Of a DNA stretch of 64,000 bases, positions 59,284-64,000 are shown piece by piece. The first letter of the stretch is position 1. Every line of letters begins with the position of its first letter. The notes below the pieces were generated by a model. The model was not told the origin of the DNA and did not search any database. It saw nothing but the letters and a program-made list of their open reading frames with translations. The position numbers and the translations under genes were made by a program. Where the stretch lies: contig CM069140.1 in assembly GCA_035221665.1 (NCBI GenBank), forward strand, positions 16,244,001 to 16,308,000. The letters run 5' to 3'. The stretch is from Okamejei kenojei. Lineage: Eukaryota.

Positions 59284-61649
59284 CTAGACTCGTTGGTTCC
59301 CGTGTTCACAAGGGAGGGCTGGTACCCCAGTGGGGGAGGAGGCTTTCAGTTGAGCTAGTATGGGTGTTGTGGGCCAAAGGGACTGGTTTCCAGAGGGCTA
59401 GTATGGACATTGTGGGCCGAATAGATTCTTGGGCTGGCAGCTCAGTCACTCAGGCCTGGTGGGCTGGCAGCTCAGTCACTCAGGGCTGGTGGGCTGGCAG
59501 CTCAGAAACTGCCAGAAATTCTGCACAAAACAGGTGACTCTTTGAAAGAGAAGGGGGAGAGGGTGGAGAATCAATTTTAGACATTTTTCATATTTTTCTG
59601 CAGATCACAGCAATGAAGGAGGAAAGTCTATCCTGGCCTGGATCAAACAGAGAGCCAATGAAGGGAGGGAGAAAAATACTGGGTTGAGGTTTAATACTTG
59701 CAGGGGGAATACTTACTGATGGGTTGAAGGGACTCCTCCTGGTCTAGTACAGGCTTGATGGGCCAAAGGGTCTCTTAAAAAATAATCTGAGTGAAATCTC
59801 AGTGAAAGGCACTTTTTCTGGACTTTCCTTGGCCAGGCACGGGCCGTTTGGGCCAAAATGCACCTCCTGGGCTAATACGGGCATTTTGGGGGAAAGGGGC
59901 TGGTTTCCCGGCTAATAGGGGCCTTGTGGGTTGAAATTAGTGGTTTCAGGCAGGCCAAACAGTACATTTCAATTCCATTTCAATTTCAAGCTCAGGGCAG
60001 GCCAAATAACTCATTTCATTTCTATTTCCATTTCAAGCACAGGGCAGGCCAAACAACTAATTTCATTTTCATTTCATTTCATTTCAATTTCCATTTCCAT
60101 TGCCGTAGCAAGCATAGGGCTGGCCACATAACTAATTTCATTTTCATTTCATTTCATTTCCATTTCCATTGCAGTTTCAAGCGCAGTGCAGGCCAAACAG
60201 CTCATTGCATTTTCATTTCCATTTCCATTGCAGTTTCGAGCACAGGGCAGGCCAAACAGCTAATTGCATTTTCATTTCATTTCCATTTCCATTTCCATTA
60301 CAGTTTCGAGCAATGGGTAAGTCAAACAGCTCATTGCATTTTCATTTCATTTCCATTTCCGTTGCAGTTTTGCGCACTCGGCAGGCCAAATAGCTCATTG
60401 CATTTTCATTTAGTTTCCATTTCCATTGCAGTTTTGTGCACTCGGCAGCCAAATAGCTCATTGCATTTTCATTTAGTTTCCATTTCGTTGCAGTTTTGTG
60501 CACTCGGCAGGCCAAATAGCTCATTGCATTTTCATTTAGTTTCCATTTCCATTGCAGTTTCGAGCACTGGGCAGGCCAAACAGCTCATTGCATTTTCATT
60601 TCCATTTCCATTGCAGTTTCGAGCACTGGGCAGGCCAAACAGCTCATTGCATTTTCATTTAATTTCCATTCAATTGCAGTTTCGAGCACTGGGCAGGCCA
60701 AACAGCTCATTGCATTTTCATTTCATTTCCATTTCCATTGCAGTTTCAAGCACTGGGCAGGCCAAACAGCTCTCTGCATTTTCATTTCATTTCCATTTCC
60801 ATTGCCGTTTCGAGCACTGGGCAGGCCAAACAGCTCATTGAATTTTCATTTCATTTCCATTTCCATTGCAGTCTTAAGCACTGGGCAGGCCAAACAGCTC
60901 ATTGTATTTTCATTACATTTACATTTCCATTGCCGTTTCGAGTACTGGGCAGGCCAAACAGCTCATTGCATTTTTATTTCATTTCCACTTCCATTGCAGT
61001 TTAAAGCACAGGGCTGGCCAAACAGCTCATTGCATTTTCATTTCCATTTCCACTTCCATTGCAGGTTCAAGCACAGGGTAGGCCAAACAGCTCATTGCAT
61101 TTTCCATTGCAGGTTCAAGCACAGGGCAGGGCAAACAGCCCATTGCATTTTCATTTCATTTCCATTTCCATTGCCGTTTCAAGCACAGGGCAGGCCAAAC
61201 AGCTCATCGCATTTTCATTGAGGGTTAACAAATCATTTATTGCAAGTACATTGCAGACTCAGAGCAGTTGATTCACAGCTTAAAATTGTGAATTCACTTA
61301 AAATTCACAGTTGTAGCCTCTCCCTCGTGATCATCCAAAGTAACTGTCTCACATCCAGGCATCCGGGGTTTTATATTCCTGCCCCCCCCCCCCCCCCCCC
61401 GCAGTAGGGGCGTTACCTTCATCATGGTGATTGGCAGGCGAGAGGACCAATCAGCTGATCTCAAGATTTTTTAAACACTCATGCATTCTTAATTTTTGAT
61501 CGATCGGAAAAATCCTCAGGGCTGCCTCAGAGGAGGAGGACTGTGAGTAAGATGGCCAAAAATCATAGCGATATACGGTAACGTTTTTTCTAAAATCAAT
61601 ATACAGCGCAGACAGGACGTGGTCAAGATGAGACTTTTAGTTATATAGA
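59284..61649 (-). mobile_element. Non-autonomous Helitron with an internal ~65-bp satellite (~59950-61220)
   Basis: Minus strand reads A|TCTATATAAC...CTAG|T. It splits a CR1 (aagaaaca|tttagacagg) with no TSD, and its ends are homologous to the 12832 and 15016 elements. Confidence 0.82.
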
Positions 61650-63002
61650 TTTAGACAGGTACATGGATAGGACAGGTTTGGAGGGACATTGGACCAAACG
61701 GGGGCAGGCGGGACTAGTGTAGTTGGGACATGATGGCTGGTGTGGGCAAGTTGGGCCAAAGGAACTGTTTCCACACTGTATCACTTTATGACTCTATGTT
61801 TCTTCGCACGGATTTGGCTAAAATTTTAGCAATTCATTCATTTCTCACGCCTCTGGTCTCAAGTAGCCACAGGGACACCACTCTCTCCATCACCCCCTCT
61901 GCTGTGAAGGAAGGAGACAGGGTCACGTTCAGCTGCACAACCCAGTCCAACCCCCCCTGCCCAGCTTGTACTGAGGAGGCAGTCATCGAGCGGATGGAGC
62001 GAGCCAGACTCTGAGAATGGGACATTGACAATCTGTGATTGTCATTGACATTGATACAGCCCAGCTGATGCAGGGCTGTATCAATGTGAGGCCACTAATG
62101 CACTGGGGGGGCGGGGGGGGGGCAGATCAATAGCAACAAACTCCAGGTTCAAGGTTTGTAGTTCCACTGCAGGGTGTGGACTTACCATCGGAGCCAATTC
62201 CTTGCCTGGGATCGACGCTCCAATCTGCGGCCTGCGGACGTTAACATCAAGGGCTTGCAGCCTCGGGAGAGACCGAGTCAGGAAGCTCCAAAACCACACA
62301 ATGTTCAACTGGTCCCGACCGGGGGTCCGTTCGCCCTTCCCAGGGAACTGACATCCCCCCGATGTAGGAGCTTCATCGCCCGAACGCGGAGGGCCACTGC
62401 CGGCTACGGGAGTCAAGATTATCCCTTCAACGGAAGGTTAGAGGCCCCCGACCGCTGGAGATCAAAGGGAAGAGATTGAACTTTTTTTCGCCTTCCATCA
62501 TAACAGGCACGTGCTGTGAGTAATTACTCAGTAGGCTTTTAAAAAAAACTTAATCCGCGCATGCGGAAAAGTTGAATCAGTTGTCATCTAATTGAATGAC
62601 AACACTTGTTCAAAGGACCAATTGGAGGGAGAGTTCCTTTCACACCATGTGGAGAGTCTGTGCCAAGGGTAAAGTTGTGGGGAGAGCAGGAGTGTTGAGA
62701 AGGAGGGGGTAGGGGATAATGCCAGTAACTCACTCACTCACCGCTGCCGCGGCGCTCCGGGCACGGAACCACCGCATTGTGGCCGGGGATAGAAGCAGCT
62801 CGGGGAGCTGCGAGCAGCCGCCGGGACCCGACAGTAGAACTGGCCACCATTTTAACGCCTTCTGCCGGCCCGCTCACCTTTGGCAGTGCTCTTCATTTGA
62901 ACACCTCTCACCTGTCGCTTGCTCATGTCAGCCGCTTCCTGCAAATCCTTAAATTCCCACAGCCGAGTAACCTCAATCGCACTGTCGGAATTTAAGGATT
63001 TG

Positions 63003-63170
63003 GACTTCTGGTGGCGCTATGCAGGGCTAGAGACCAGCGCCAGCTAGCTCCATACAAAATCCGCGAAAAAACGGGGAGAAACACGGACCTACCTGCTGTT
63101 ACTGCACCGGCTGCCTGCAACGCGTGAGTGTTGTCATCAGGCGTGCGACTCTGGTATGTCTCTGCAACAT

Positions 63171-63203
<33 letters not shown>

Positions 63204-63519
63204 GACTGCCAAGCCAAAACAGGCACCGGAAAAAGTAGCCCCGACTGAAGCCTCGGGCTCAGGTACAACGTCGTCCCAGGAAGATGTTTCGAGGAGGCCA
63301 AAGCCTAAAAAATCTGAGATAGATCTTCGGATTTTTCTATCTCAGGAAATTAAAAATATAAAGGAGGAACTGAAGATATTGAATTTTAATGAAGAACTTC
63401 AAACTTTTAACGAAGAGTTTAAGGAGGAAATGAAGGAAGAAATCAACTCCACCGTCCTTGAATTATTGGAAACATGGAAGAAAGAAACGGAAGAAAAGCT
63501 GGAACAACAGATTGCGTAG
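63003..63519 (+). mobile_element. Probable L1/Tx1-type 5'UTR and ORF1 start
   Basis: CpG-rich leader followed by an acidic/basic coiled coil (EIKNIKEELK..EEFKEEMKEEI). The family assignment is an inference. Confidence 0.45.
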
Positions 63520-63524
63520 ATGGA

Positions 63525-63962
63525 CATACCTGCCAACCATTCCGATTTGGGCGGAATTCTTCCGATTTTTTCCATCCCAATTCCGAATTCCGATTTTTTT
63601 TTCCTCAATATTCCGAAAAAAATTGGAATTCGGAATTGGGATGGAAGCGTGCATGCGACCCATGGCGGCGGCGGCGGCGAGGAGACAGCGAGAGAGCGCA
63701 CCGCGCCTGCGCCGCTTATGGGGGCACGCACGGGTGTAACGTCTTCATCACGCAGCCGCATGACCCCGCCCCGCCACGGTGGCGTTCGGCGTCACTTGCC
63801 CCCCCCCCGCACTGACGTCACTTTCCCGCCCTCACTGACGTCACGTACCCCGCCCCTTACTGACGTCACGTGCCCACCCCTTACTGACGTCACGTGCCCC
63901 GCCGTCACTGACGTCAGACTAATAGGATTCCGATTTTTCATTCTCACAAGTTGGCAGGTATG
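63525..63962. mobile_element. Non-autonomous DNA transposon, 13-bp TIR CATACCTGCCAAC, 6-bp TSD GATGGA
   Basis: Perfect TIRs; GATGGA at 63519-63524 and 63963-63968. Confidence 0.85.
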
Positions 63963-64000
63963 GATGGATGTCAAAATCAACTCGATGGAGTCCAGCTTTA

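Larger units (their letters stand above)
53114..62153 (+). pseudogene. Second VCAM1-like copy, disrupted: exon 1 53114-53174, D1 53366-53648 (+7 nt), D2 ~55610-55920, D3 ~56041-56297, R remnants ~57661-57748 and 61863-62153
   Basis: Colinear with copy 1 from ~51200. Every Ig exon has frameshifts and no TM exon is seen in the window. Confidence 0.8.

Noticed and set aside
59924-60841. 305-aa ORF
   Set aside because: It is a translation of a stop-poor satellite (repeating FHFHF/ISISI), not a gene.

Overview
This is vertebrate genomic DNA, repeat-rich and intron-containing. The repeat repertoire (HE1-like SINEs, HER1/CR1 LINEs, Penelope-type repeats) suggests a cartilaginous fish; that assignment is an inference. 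The main feature is a complete + strand VCAM1-like adhesion gene (ATG 8129, stop 26263). It has a signal exon, D1, D2 and D3 Ig exons, then EIGHT near-identical tandem 264-bp phase-1 exons that each encode a VCAM1-D7-like Ig domain, then a dead Ig pseudoexon and a TM/cytoplasmic exon. The predicted product is about 1055 aa with 11 Ig domains. Intronic Helitron and CR1 insertions and a shared deletion record how the exon array expanded. A second, frameshifted and indel-ridden copy of the gene lies at ~51200-62150. Between the copies are CR1 and L2 fragments and a DIRS tyrosine-recombinase retrotransposon that has a second DIRS inserted precisely in its RNase H, which in turn contains a Rex1-type LINE. 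Minimal hammerhead-ribozyme motifs of Penelope-type repeats are scattered throughout, including in the tandem units. A small TIR element carrying five perfect CRE palindromes lies near the window end. There are two N-gaps, and parts of 43.5-58.5 kb may be low-accuracy assembly.
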